Assembly: GCA_958295815.1 (NCBI GenBank)
Contig: OY282374.1
Location: 3,684,682-3,748,681 of the forward strand
DNA: 64,000 nt
Source: Candidatus Poribacteria bacterium
GTDB taxonomy: Bacteria > Poribacteria > WGA-4E > WGA-3G
Direction of reading: 5' to 3'
A model generated the notes under the pieces. That model was given only the letters and a program-made list of their open reading frames with translations. It was not told the origin of the DNA and made no database searches. The translations under genes and the position numbers were made by a program. Positions 25,188-34,904 of this stretch are shown piece after piece. Each line of letters opens with the position of its first letter. The first letter of the stretch is position 1.

Positions 25188-26612
25188 CTATCTACCGTGT
25201 TCCCAATATGACCGTAAACGCTCGCCCCAATTCGATATGACCCGTTTCGGACTTGGATGCACGATTTCTTGCCGATGGAGTTTGGCTTCTTGAGCGAGCA
25301 GTTTATCTCTACACATCTTAACGACTTCATCGTTCGATGCGTTTCCTACTAAATTTTCTGTCTCACCAGGATCCTTCTGCCGGTCAAATAGCTGCGCAAG
25401 CCCAAACTGTTCTGCCTCAGGTCCCGGCGGCGAGAAGTCCTCTATCTCTCTCGGTTTATATTCTGTAACATATTTATACTTCTCGGTAACAATAGCACGT
25501 CCCCAGTAATTGCTCTCTATGTAGGCACACTCACGCCACGGGACATCTTTTCCCTCCACGAGCGGACGGACGCTCATTCCCTGTACTGCTTCAGGCACAT
25601 TAACACCGGCATAGTCACAAACAGTCGGAAATAAGTCCACACCGGAAACGAAATGCGTCTCATCAAACCGATCTTTCTCTACAGCAATACCATCTCCCAG
25701 GCACGCCACAATGAACGGAACCCGAACACTCTCCTCGTAGAGTGTAAATTTCTGAAACATTTGATGGCTTCCGCACGCTTCACCGTGATCCGCACTGAAG
25801 ATAATGAGTGTATTCTCAGCGAGACCTGTTGTCCGCAGGAGTGCCAGCACCCTTCCAATTTCAGCATCAACTTTTTCAATGAATCTGAAATAGTTCCATC
25901 TCAGGTAACGCCAATGAAACTCATCCCAATCACGGACCCCTTTAAGGATAGCCGCGTGAATAAGCGCATCGTCAACCCGCCGACAAACACGATGTAGCAC
26001 TGTTTCTCGTTCGTCATAGTCGAAGTTTTCAGGAAGTGGCGGCAAGTCGTCTTCTGAAACAATACCTTGCTCTATCGGATTAGGGATGCGTTTCTCCTCA
26101 TGATTGTGCAGATATTCACACACGTCGTGCGGGTCAACGTAACCGATCTGAAGGAAAAACGGATCGTCATCATTGTAACTCGTCAAAAAGTCAGCCACTG
26201 CGTGGGTCGATGCCGAATCGTAATATGCAGCACCTCCTGCGCCAATATCACGTCGCCCGTAATAGAGCGTCTGAAAACTCTCACGAACGTCTCTACCCGG
26301 AACATGCCATTTGCTACAGTGGAAAGCCTTATAGCCACTTGCGTTGAGCACCTGTCCTAAGTCAGGAATTTCTGGGTGCAGGTGTCCCCCATTGAACGGC
26401 ACACCTGTTTCCGAGGTATATAAACCTGTTGCCCAACTCGAACGGGCGGCGGCACACACCGGATCCGTACAAAACGACTGACGAAAGGAAGTTCCATTCC
26501 GGTGGATTTCATCAATATTAGGAGTGCGGAGGTACGGATTTCCGTGTGCTGAGAGGGCATCCCATGAATGCTGATCTGTGTTAATAAAAAGAATATTCGG
26601 ACGTTCGCGCAT
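25188..26612 (-). CDS. Sulfatase-family hydrolase (arylsulfatase-like)
   Basis: 'ILFINTDQHSWDALSAHGNP…' is an alkaline-phosphatase-superfamily N-terminus. 'PVCAAARSSWATG' is a variant of the C-x-P/A-x-R FGly motif. Confidence 0.85.
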   Translation of the reverse strand: MRERPNILFINTDQHSWDALSAHGNPYLRTPNIDEIHRNGTSFRQSFCTDPVCAAARSSWATGLYTSETGVPFNGGHLHPEIPDLGQVLNASGYKAFHCSKWHVPGRDVRESFQTLYYGRRDIGAGGAAYYDSASTHAVADFLTSYNDDDPFFLQIGYVDPHDVCEYLHNHEEKRIPNPIEQGIVSEDDLPPLPENFDYDERETVLHRVCRRVDDALIHAAILKGVRDWDEFHWRYLRWNYFRFIEKVDAEIGRVLALLRTTGLAENTLIIFSADHGEACGSHQMFQKFTLYEESVRVPFIVACLGDGIAVEKDRFDETHFVSGVDLFPTVCDYAGVNVPEAVQGMSVRPLVEGKDVPWRECAYIESNYWGRAIVTEKYKYVTEYKPREIEDFSPPGPEAEQFGLAQLFDRQKDPGETENLVGNASNDEVVKMCRDKLLAQEAKLHRQEIVHPSPKRVISNWGERLRSYWEHGR

Positions 26613-26617
26613 GCTAC

Positions 26618-27403
26618 CTACCCCATCCGCTCTCTGAGGACCAGCGTCTCAAACATGCTTGAAGCAATGACAACGTTCCCGTATCCATCAAGCCACCAAT
26701 ACGAAGGAAGAAGCCCAGGACCATAAAGGTAATATCCATCGAGCGGAATCGGGGTCTGTATCGACTCAAGAAACCCGAGCCTGCTTTTCGGTCTGAGTTG
26801 CTCCAAATCTTCCAGCAGTGTAATGTCTATTCCATTGTCTGACGCTTGGATTGTCTGTCCAAGTGCCGGGATTACATCAAAAAGTGCCCAATTGCACGTC
26901 AATTCGACAGGTGACCCGACTGTTCCAGCAACGATTTCAGTATCGTTGATGCGAAGCTTCACCTCCCCATCTGAAGTAAGATGACCAGCACAAGTCAATC
27001 GAGAATATTCGTCCTTCCCGCTATTTCGGGCATCAACGCACCAACTATCCGTAAGGAAACGGAAAGGCGTATCGCTACAACGGAATTGCATCCGTAAGTT
27101 TTCGCCACTCGTTGTATTCTCATATTGGACAGAATAATGCCACAGATTGTCGTTAGCAATGTTCCGTTCAATAGTAGCTGTTCCAAGGCTCAGTTGTTCG
27201 TCGGTATCACCTCTACTATAGCCACGCCAATAATTCGGTAGGATATTGTAAATGTGTTTTATAGTCTTCCCTATTTGCGTTTGACGATCACTGACTTCGG
27301 GATTATATCCACGAAGTGTGCTAATCAATTCCTGCGCAAATTGGGGATTTTGCGAACCGTAGTTATAGTCAAACGACCAGTGCTGCGCATTGCTATTAGC
27401 CAT
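26618..27403 (-). CDS. Hypothetical protein, likely co-transcribed with the sulfatase
   Basis: An ORF with no recognisable motif. The internal Met (MANSN…) is preferred as the start because it avoids a 53-nt overlap with nfi. It ends 5 nt upstream of the sulfatase start. Confidence 0.5.
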   Translation of the reverse strand: MANSNAQHWSFDYNYGSQNPQFAQELISTLRGYNPEVSDRQTQIGKTIKHIYNILPNYWRGYSRGDTDEQLSLGTATIERNIANDNLWHYSVQYENTTSGENLRMQFRCSDTPFRFLTDSWCVDARNSGKDEYSRLTCAGHLTSDGEVKLRINDTEIVAGTVGSPVELTCNWALFDVIPALGQTIQASDNGIDITLLEDLEQLRPKSRLGFLESIQTPIPLDGYYLYGPGLLPSYWWLDGYGNVVIASSMFETLVLRERMG

Positions 27404-27407
27404 AGTA

Positions 27408-28088
27408 TTATGATTGTTTGCGTGTTTTGGGAATTTTACCGGATGCGGCGTTGTGAGCATGGCGGGTTGTCTCAGGCAAGCGATAGCCTTGACAACATGC
27501 CAATGTCAGTGTACGTGCTGAATCCAAGGAGATACGGTGTCCTATAGATACGTAAACCACTCGAACGTTTGTGCGAGTCCGAACAGCGACACCGATTACC
27601 GCCCCTTTGTCAATCAGGTTTGTATAGGCTCCCTGCTCTTGTCCGGGTTCCTCGTATCGACCCCAGAGCCGGGATTTAGCACACCCAATCGTCGGCTTAT
27701 CCAAAATTAATCCGAGGTGTGATGCGAGTCCGAACCGTCGCGGATGTGCGATACCTTGTCCGTCCACTATCACCAAATCTGGTTCCGTTTGCAATCGCGT
27801 AAACGCTGTCAGTAGTGGCGGAATTTCACGAAAGGACAACAACCCTGGTATATAAGGAAAACGAACAGGGCATTCTGCTACCTCGCTATCCACCACCTGC
27901 AATTCGGGAAAACTGAGGACTACCACTGATGCAAGTGCGATGCCCTTTTTCAGTCCGATGTCTACCCCAGCAACGGTGTTTATTGTCCCAAACTGGTCTG
28001 CCTCAATTACCCGTGTGCGAAGTCGGTTTTGGAGTTCCCGCGCTTCCGCAGGTGTAACATCCCATGAATGGAGGGAGCGATACTGCAT
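27408..28088 (-). CDS. nfi: Endonuclease V (deoxyinosine 3' endonuclease)
   Basis: 'VAGVDIGL…', 'FPYIPGLLSFREIPPLL', and 'IVDGQGIAHPRRFGLASHLG…PTIGCAKSRL' are canonical Nfi motifs. Confidence 0.9.
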   Translation of the reverse strand: MQYRSLHSWDVTPAEARELQNRLRTRVIEADQFGTINTVAGVDIGLKKGIALASVVVLSFPELQVVDSEVAECPVRFPYIPGLLSFREIPPLLTAFTRLQTEPDLVIVDGQGIAHPRRFGLASHLGLILDKPTIGCAKSRLWGRYEEPGQEQGAYTNLIDKGAVIGVAVRTRTNVRVVYVSIGHRISLDSARTLTLACCQGYRLPETTRHAHNAASGKIPKTRKQS

Positions 28089-28247
28089 GTCTGCCGCTGT
28101 TCGTTTTAATGCAAACTTCGTCCTGTCTTATAATGTCTTGAACATTCGGAACAAAATCATATTCTTCCGATCAAATGCTCAAGAAAATTATAACACAAAA
28201 AACTTCAATTGTCAAGCCATTTCGGTGTAGTGTAAGCACCGAAAGGG

Positions 28248-28400
28248 TTATTTTTTGACCACTGTCTCCTCAACTTCAACGGCATTGGGTTTCGCGATAT
28301 GCCGGATACCTGCAAAAAAAGCAGTAAGAGCCAAATAGCCGCCGCCAATACCGATGAGAGCACCCAAACCACCTATAATGATTTCTACACCGTTAAACAT
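28248..28400 (-). CDS. 50-aa glycine-zipper small membrane protein (too short for the ORF track)
   Basis: Reverse strand reads MFNGVEIIIGGLGALIGIGGGYLALTAFFAGIRHIAKPNAVEVEETVVKK*. An SD 'aggaga' lies ~7 nt upstream. Confidence 0.5.
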   Translation of the reverse strand: MFNGVEIIIGGLGALIGIGGGYLALTAFFAGIRHIAKPNAVEVEETVVKK

Positions 28401-28880
28401 GATAAGTTCTCCTAAATATAAAATTTCTATAATAACCCTTTAGAAATCTCCGATGTTTATGTAGGCATGAACCTGGCATCGAAAATGTTGGTAGAATAAA
28501 CGGAAGTATCTGTAATCGGTTTCGGATATATTTATGAATCCTTGTAAACAAATATAGTATAGCAAGAACCGTGCCAGCGCAAAAACGCTGAATAACAGAT
28601 AAAAAATTAATAATATGTATATTATTTGACACAATTGGACAGGAGTTCTGAAAAAACTGTAGTAAAATGAAAACACAGAACCATGACCTTACTTAGAATG
28701 TGTCACATAAATACCCTTTTGTCAAACGTGGTACGCTAACAGTCGACTGCTAACACCTGAGTATTTTTATAATAAGATATAGGTAATCACAGATTCTACT
28801 GTAAAACGCAACCGTATTTTACTTTTAACGTTATAACTCGATAATCGGATTAATAAAAATATTTTTTGTGAGGTAAATAT

Positions 28881-29447
28881 ATGTTATATTTGGACGCGCT
28901 CGACAACTTTCGCGGAAATACTACACGTAACCAATTTATTATCTGTCACGAGACAGTAAAAGGGTTACGCAATATTCTTGAACTGACGCCAGCTGTAGAA
29001 CTCTTACAAAAATGGGAGATGAAGGTACTTGCATGGGAGGAATTTCAGCAAGCTTTCAAAGCGCAACTACGCGAAGAATATGGTAGAGGTGAAAAAAGCC
29101 AACTTAAACGATGGGCTAATTATTGTATCGAAAATGATGTGGTTATCTATTCACCGGAATCCGTTGGTCAACAGACGTATCGGGCAGTTCTTGCCGAGGT
29201 AATTAACAACATCTGGGAGCAGACGGGTAAGGCAGCGCGAGTCGTTGACAAGGCGGCTAAACCTACTAACGCACTTTCCAAGGTCCATCGAGAAGCAATG
29301 GAGAGAACCGCCGACACGTGTAAATATTTCCAGCCACCTGTCCAAAATGGGGTCCGCAAATCCTGTTTTTGCTGTACACATTTAGATACGCAAGTCTTTA
29401 GCTGCGGAAAATTGGATAAGCTTGTTATTGCGTATGAGTGGCGGTAG
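28881..29447 (+). CDS. Hypothetical protein (Cys-rich C-terminus)
   Basis: An ORF preceded by a ~480-bp AT-rich region. No motif is recognised. The 3' end overlaps the convergent downstream gene by 23 nt. Confidence 0.45.
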   Translation: MLYLDALDNFRGNTTRNQFIICHETVKGLRNILELTPAVELLQKWEMKVLAWEEFQQAFKAQLREEYGRGEKSQLKRWANYCIENDVVIYSPESVGQQTYRAVLAEVINNIWEQTGKAARVVDKAAKPTNALSKVHREAMERTADTCKYFQPPVQNGVRKSCFCCTHLDTQVFSCGKLDKLVIAYEWR

Positions 29448-30189
29448 AAAAGAATTCGAGAATACTCGGTGGCACAAGATGTTCAATAGCCTTGCCCTGT
29501 TCTAACAGTTCGCGGACTTCTGTTGAGGACATGTAGGCATAAACATTAGGTAGCAAAATACACGAAACATAAGAGGAATATTGGCTAATCTCAGATCGCG
29601 CCATGAATGTCTCTATTGTTTTAATATCTGCCTCTGCCCGATTCGCGACAATAAAGCGCGCACTGACAAACAACTCTCGCAATTCCCCATGGAAATCTGT
29701 ATAATACTTTGGGTCAAAGATTCTCACCAAGGTATCATACCCAACAATAAAGTGAAACTCGGTTTCAGGGGGTAAGACGGCTTTTAAAGCGGTAACCTTA
29801 TCAATATATCTACCATGGCTTGATACGCCAACGGAAAACTTTGGTCGGTTCTCCACGTACTTTTTGACCGTTAGGAGCCTCGCAGCAAGCGGTAAGCCAA
29901 ATACACCTTTATCCACATTCGCCTTCGCCAGGAGCAAAAGCATCTCATCCAGTTGGTATTCAGTGAGTGTATCCTCCACCATTCTCGCATGTGCCAGCGT
30001 CAATGGGTTAAAGGATCCTGAAAAAATACCAAGTTTTTTGATGCTGCGCATCGGTGCTGCACATCGGTGGATAAACTCTATTCGAGGGGGTCCCGATGGA
30101 TCCAACGCGTCAAAGAGTTCAGTGAACCGTTCATAATCAGGGTGACGCTCACATTCTTGTGCTAAGAGGTTCAGTAGTGTATCTGACAT
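29425..30189 (-). CDS. Nucleotidyltransferase of the NadD (nicotinate-nucleotide adenylyltransferase)-like family with an N-terminal extension
   Basis: 'GIFSGSFNPLTLAH' is the (H/T)xGH nucleotidyltransferase motif. 'VGYDTLVRIFDPKYY' and 'ISSTEVRE' are NadD-like. Confidence 0.65.
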   Translation of the reverse strand: MSDTLLNLLAQECERHPDYERFTELFDALDPSGPPRIEFIHRCAAPMRSIKKLGIFSGSFNPLTLAHARMVEDTLTEYQLDEMLLLLAKANVDKGVFGLPLAARLLTVKKYVENRPKFSVGVSSHGRYIDKVTALKAVLPPETEFHFIVGYDTLVRIFDPKYYTDFHGELRELFVSARFIVANRAEADIKTIETFMARSEISQYSSYVSCILLPNVYAYMSSTEVRELLEQGKAIEHLVPPSILEFFSTATHTQ

Positions 30190-30242
30190 TTTACTTCGTC
30201 GCTTCTTCTACCCCATCAAACGCTTGTCATAAAAATAAAAAA

Positions 30243-31034
30243 TTAACCCGAATCCGTTTCCGCTTTCTTTGCTTCTTCCCAGATCGAATCTAAACTCTCT
30301 AAATCTTGCGCTTCAAAGTTCGTCCCGCGGCGTTCTAATTCCGCCTCCATCCATTTAAAGCGCGTCATAAACTTGCGGTTTGCCTGCCGTAATGTCTCTT
30401 CAGACTGAAGCCCCATAAAACGACACAGATTAACGATCGCGAATAACAGATCACCGAGTTCCATCGCAACTGCTTCAGGTTCCTCTGTGTTGATACTGAC
30501 TTTAACCTCATCAAGTTCTTCTTCAACCTTAGCAATTACATCGGTGAGTTCTTCCCAGTCGAAACCAACGCGCGCCGCTCGATTCTGTATCTTCTGCGCG
30601 CGGAGCAGTGTAGGCATCGCAGTCGGAATCCCATCAAGCACTGATTTCCGATCCTCGTAGCCTGCCTCTTGGCGTTTGATTGCCTCCCAGTTTTTCACTA
30701 CCGCTTCAGAGTCTTCAACGTCAACATCGCCAAAGACATGTGGATGGCGCCGGATTAGTTTTTCTGTCAACGTTTCAATCACACCGTAGATATCGAAATT
30801 TTTGTGTTCATCCGCAATCTGTGCCTGGAGCATAATATTCAAGAGAAGATCCCCCAGTTCATCTTTCAATTTACTTGGGTCTCCTGTATCAATCGCTTCA
30901 AGTGTTTCGTAGGTTTCCTCAATGAGCGTTGATTTCAGCGTTTCATGCGTCTGCTCCCGATCCCACGGGCATCCATTCTCGCTTCTTAAAGTTGCTATAA
31001 TACCAACAAGTTCTTCAAATAATTCTTTTGACAT
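30243..31034 (-). CDS. mazG: Nucleoside triphosphate pyrophosphohydrolase MazG
   Basis: Tandem MazG domains with 'EETYE…ELGDLLLNIMLQA' and 'ELGDLLFAIVNLCRFMG'. Confidence 0.9.
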   Translation of the reverse strand: MSKELFEELVGIIATLRSENGCPWDREQTHETLKSTLIEETYETLEAIDTGDPSKLKDELGDLLLNIMLQAQIADEHKNFDIYGVIETLTEKLIRRHPHVFGDVDVEDSEAVVKNWEAIKRQEAGYEDRKSVLDGIPTAMPTLLRAQKIQNRAARVGFDWEELTDVIAKVEEELDEVKVSINTEEPEAVAMELGDLLFAIVNLCRFMGLQSEETLRQANRKFMTRFKWMEAELERRGTNFEAQDLESLDSIWEEAKKAETDSG

Positions 31035-31044
31035 ATAGACTCCT

Positions 31045-32295
31045 TTACTTTATCCCTGTTTTATTTTTCAATTCTTTCACATGTTTCTTGACTTCTGGAT
31101 AGCGTTCCGCCTCTGTGAAATGCGTGAGATAGAGTTTATACAACTGCATCGCGCGAACATAGTTTTTCTCTGCTTCTGCCACGCGGGCGCGTTTCTCTAA
31201 AGCATCTGCTTTCGCATTTAACAACTCATGGAGAACTTGCACGGAGCGTTCTGCGAAAATACTCCCGCTATACGCATCGCGAAGCGTCTCTAACTTCTTC
31301 ACCAATTCGGCGTGAGGTTTCTCGTCCGCCTCCTTTTTAATCAGGGCAAGCTGTGTATTCGCATGTGTAGCAAGCTTTGTTGCTGATTCTTTTGCAAGAC
31401 GACACAATTCAGTATCAGGCAAAATTCCTGAAATTTGGTCGTAAAGCCTGAGTGCCTCACCCAATTTGTTGTCCTTCTCAGCGGCTTGTGCCGACGCATA
31501 TCCTGATTCGACCTGCTTTGCCGGTCCATAAGCGATAAGCCATTCCCGCATTTTTGTCTTTTCCATTTTCCACCACTCTTGGGAGAGCTTGTGCGTTTCA
31601 TCTGGCCAGCCTTCAAACGTCACATCAGCGCCTAACTTTCTGTAAAACTCTGCCGCACGTTTTGCGCGTGGATAATGCGGATCATCAAGTTCCCCGGCAC
31701 CAAAAAAGACAGGGTGCCCCTTAATCAGTTCCAGCGGCGGTGGGTTCACATCAGAATCGCGCCTACCGGCACCGAGGACAAGTCTTCCTGCTAACTGATC
31801 TAACAATTGTTCTCCTAAAACCGTCGTCGAGTATCCGCCTTGACTATACCCACCCATAAAAATGTAGTCCGTTGCGATGTTAAGTCGATCTGATAGCATC
31901 GCCAACACCTCCTTGAAGAAGAGCTTTTCCGGGGCAGTTACATGGGGACTAAGTCTCTCGGCTTTGTAGTAGGTGTAAGTCGCGTAATTCATACCGACAA
32001 TGATAAACCCTTGCCCTTTTGTTATCCTTCTGAACATCGCTGTGGTTGCTGATCCACCCGAGCCGTGGTAATAGTAAATAACAGGAAAGGCGCGTTTATC
32101 TGTATAATCGACCGGAACGTAAACCTTAAACTCCTTATTTGTCTTTGGGGCTGTAATCGTAACTTCCCTACCGGGCAACATTTCAGGAACATCGGCAGCA
32201 AGAACACCACAAAACAGAAACAGTAGGAGCGCATAAAAACAAACCGACCTACAACATGAATTGATATTAGAATGAAGAAAAAAGTGTGTTTTCAT
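31045..32295 (-). CDS. Secreted alpha/beta-hydrolase (esterase/PHB-depolymerase-like) with a C-terminal helical/TPR-like region
   Basis: Signal peptide, then 'YYYHGSGGS' and 'GGYSQGG' (GxSxG nucleophile elbow). The C-terminus is helical. Confidence 0.7.
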   Translation of the reverse strand: MKTHFFLHSNINSCCRSVCFYALLLFLFCGVLAADVPEMLPGREVTITAPKTNKEFKVYVPVDYTDKRAFPVIYYYHGSGGSATTAMFRRITKGQGFIIVGMNYATYTYYKAERLSPHVTAPEKLFFKEVLAMLSDRLNIATDYIFMGGYSQGGYSTTVLGEQLLDQLAGRLVLGAGRRDSDVNPPPLELIKGHPVFFGAGELDDPHYPRAKRAAEFYRKLGADVTFEGWPDETHKLSQEWWKMEKTKMREWLIAYGPAKQVESGYASAQAAEKDNKLGEALRLYDQISGILPDTELCRLAKESATKLATHANTQLALIKKEADEKPHAELVKKLETLRDAYSGSIFAERSVQVLHELLNAKADALEKRARVAEAEKNYVRAMQLYKLYLTHFTEAERYPEVKKHVKELKNKTGIK

Positions 32296-32993
32296 ACGTT
32301 CGTACCGTTCTCTTGGAGCGTCTCTAATTGGATAATCAGTCGACCTAATTGCAATCGCAACAATAGCGTGTAGATTTGCATCAAAAGCGTAACTTGTCCT
32401 TCGGTTGGCAAATCGCTTGCGTGAATTACAGTGAGTAGTTCGTCCGTACGCTCACGTACCTGTGCCGCTTTCTCCAAGTCATCGTGCACTGTCTCCGGTG
32501 TACTCTCTTTGATGAACTGCCAAATCCGATCTTGTATCTCAAGCATATAATTTTTCGCCATCGCCGTGCGCGCACGTTTCGCGGAATCCACCCAGATCGT
32601 ATTCGCTTTCCAATTGAGCATAAATGCCGCACTATTGATGAGCACATCGCGGAGGTTATCTTCACCAGAAAGGAGTTCCTCAATGTTGGTAATTCCTTCT
32701 GCTTCTGCGGAGAAGGTACGCACACGCGTATACTCCTTCAGATTTTTCAACATCAACTCGTTTTCAGCGATGAGATGCCAAAAATCTGCACTCGTTGAAA
32801 GCAATACCTCTACACGATCACATACCTCACTCGGAATTTGGGCGCGGATACACGTATAGTGGAGACTGTGAAGATGACTCCGAAAGCCTTGCAAACTCTC
32901 AGTCGTTTGCAGTGTTGACGAACGGACGATATGTGGAAGGAGGTCTGTCCGAATCTGACTCAGAAGTGTGGGAATAGCGCGTTCAACATTCAT
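32292..32993 (-). CDS. Hypothetical protein, translationally coupled to the hydrolase (ATGA overlap)
   Basis: An ORF with a 4-nt overlap onto the downstream gene. No motif is recognised. Confidence 0.45.
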   Translation of the reverse strand: MNVERAIPTLLSQIRTDLLPHIVRSSTLQTTESLQGFRSHLHSLHYTCIRAQIPSEVCDRVEVLLSTSADFWHLIAENELMLKNLKEYTRVRTFSAEAEGITNIEELLSGEDNLRDVLINSAAFMLNWKANTIWVDSAKRARTAMAKNYMLEIQDRIWQFIKESTPETVHDDLEKAAQVRERTDELLTVIHASDLPTEGQVTLLMQIYTLLLRLQLGRLIIQLETLQENGTNV

Positions 32994-33341
32994 ATTTTTC
33001 GATTGTAATGTAGAAACGATCCTTGGGGACGATAATCAGCCGAATACCGAAAGTACCACACGCGCGTTTGACGTTGATTACACACATTCAGCGTTGGTGC
33101 TCGGAATGATAGTTAAGTGCTGTCTGACATCAGCAAGTAGCCCGAGCGGGGCGACAGGTGTTTCACTAAAAACTCTACAACTTTTAACGTAGCAATTTGA
33201 ATTATAGATTACATAAGTCGGAAACACTTGTATCACTATTTTCGTTCTTAATACAGTAGCAGATTTACGATAAAAAGTCAACTTGACAATTAGCGGGAAG
33301 CATGTTAGAATGTGAAAAAATACAAAGAACCGAGGACTACT

Positions 33342-33902
33342 ATGAAACTGCTTATCGCTACGGTCATCAGCATCACTCTCTTTGGGACGTGCATAAGTTT
33401 CGCTGACGAGAAAAGCGAAACGGAACCACCAAAAGTGGGCGAAACTGCACCTGATTTCGTGCTTCAGGATGTTGAAGAGAAGGAACACAGTCTGAAGAAA
33501 CTTCGCGGCAAAGTCGTTTTCCTCATTATGGGCAATCAGAAAGTTCGCGAGGAAACTGGCAAATGGTCGGAGACTTTCAAAGAGGACTATCAAGAGCAGA
33601 CGAAGGTTGATGCCTATATTATCGCCGACTTACGAAGCGTTCCTTGGTTCATATCCAAAGGTTTTGTCAGGAATCAACTCAAGAAGGACCCGCCGCATTT
33701 GAAACTCCTATTGGATTGGAAAGGTGACGTGCATAAACTGTATCACACGGAAAAAAAGAAGCCGACGCTCTACCTCATCTCGCAGAAAGGCACGATCGTG
33801 TTCCACCGAAAAGCGGATTTCAAACCCGAAATTTATACTGAACTCAAAGAAGAAATCACCAAACTTTTAGCGATAGTTACGAATGAAAACGAAGGAAAAT
33901 AA
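33342..33902 (+). CDS. Thioredoxin-fold (TlpA/redoxin-like) exported protein lacking the CxxC active site
   Basis: Signal peptide. 'VGETAPDFVLQDVEEKEHSLKKLRGKVVFLIMG' matches the redoxin N-terminus, but no Cys is present where CxxC is expected. Confidence 0.55.
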   Translation: MKLLIATVISITLFGTCISFADEKSETEPPKVGETAPDFVLQDVEEKEHSLKKLRGKVVFLIMGNQKVREETGKWSETFKEDYQEQTKVDAYIIADLRSVPWFISKGFVRNQLKKDPPHLKLLLDWKGDVHKLYHTEKKKPTLYLISQKGTIVFHRKADFKPEIYTELKEEITKLLAIVTNENEGK

Positions 33903-33904
33903 CT

Positions 33905-34876
33905 ATGAAATATCTCGTCACCGGTTGTGCCGGATTTATTGGATGGAGAGTGACGGAGTTCTTGCTGGAAGCAGAACACACCGTTGTCGGAATTGATAAC
34001 TTAAACGACTCGTATGACCAACAAGTCAAGCACTGGAGACTCAAACAACTCGAAGGCACCCCAAACTTTCACTGCCACAATTCAGACATTTGTGACCGGG
34101 ACGCACTGCGGAAAATATTCGATACACCTTATGACGCTGTGATTAACCTCGCTGCGCGCGCCGGTGTACGACACTCTGTTGAAGATCCGTGGGTATTTAT
34201 TGACACGAACGTGACTGGTACGCTGAATCTGCTGGAGTTGTGCCGCGAGTTTGAAGTGAAAAAATTTGTGTTGGCTTCAACATCAAGCCTCTACGGATCG
34301 AGTAACAGCCTCCCGTTCAGTGAAGAGACGAATACAGAAGGACCGTTGTCCCCTTATGCTGCCTCGAAAAAAGGTGCCGAAGCTATCTGCCATAGTTATC
34401 ACCATCTCTACGGTATTGACATGACAATTTTCCGGTTTTTCACAGTCTACGGACCCGCTGGCAGACCCGATATGAGCGCATTTCGCTTTGTACATTGGAT
34501 TAGTGAAGGAAAACCGGTTATCGTTTATGGCGATGGCAAAGAATCTTCACGAGACTATACCTATCTCGATGACGTTGCAAGGGGGGTAATTGCCGGGCTG
34601 AAACCGCTCAAGTACGAGGTGATAAACCTCGGTTCAGACAGTCCTATCGTGCTTATTGATACGATCCGATTGATAGAGGAACTTGTTGGTAAGAAAGCGA
34701 TGCTCTCACATCAACCGTTTCATCCGGCAGATGCCCGCGCTACCTGGGCAGACATCCGAAAGGCAGAAAAACTCTTGGGGTGGCGACCACAGGTCACTTT
34801 TCGGGAAGGTATAACCGCACTGGTTGAGTGGTATCAGGCAAATCGTGAATGGGCAAAGCACCTCAAAACAGACTAA
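33905..34876 (+). CDS. NAD-dependent epimerase/dehydratase (extended SDR; UDP-sugar epimerase-like)
   Basis: 'VTGCAGFIGWRV' Rossmann motif, 'YAASKKGAE' YxxxK motif, and 'NLGSDSPI'. Confidence 0.85.
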   Translation: MKYLVTGCAGFIGWRVTEFLLEAEHTVVGIDNLNDSYDQQVKHWRLKQLEGTPNFHCHNSDICDRDALRKIFDTPYDAVINLAARAGVRHSVEDPWVFIDTNVTGTLNLLELCREFEVKKFVLASTSSLYGSSNSLPFSEETNTEGPLSPYAASKKGAEAICHSYHHLYGIDMTIFRFFTVYGPAGRPDMSAFRFVHWISEGKPVIVYGDGKESSRDYTYLDDVARGVIAGLKPLKYEVINLGSDSPIVLIDTIRLIEELVGKKAMLSHQPFHPADARATWADIRKAEKLLGWRPQVTFREGITALVEWYQANREWAKHLKTD

Positions 34877-34904
34877 ACCGCAGACATGTTTTGCAAACCC
34901 TGTT

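Noticed and set aside
28393-28676. Two small minus-strand ORFs (79 and 78 aa) in the AT-rich stretch
   Set aside because: They are low-complexity Phe/Tyr/Ile/Leu-rich translations of AT-rich DNA with no SD or motif. They are probably non-coding.
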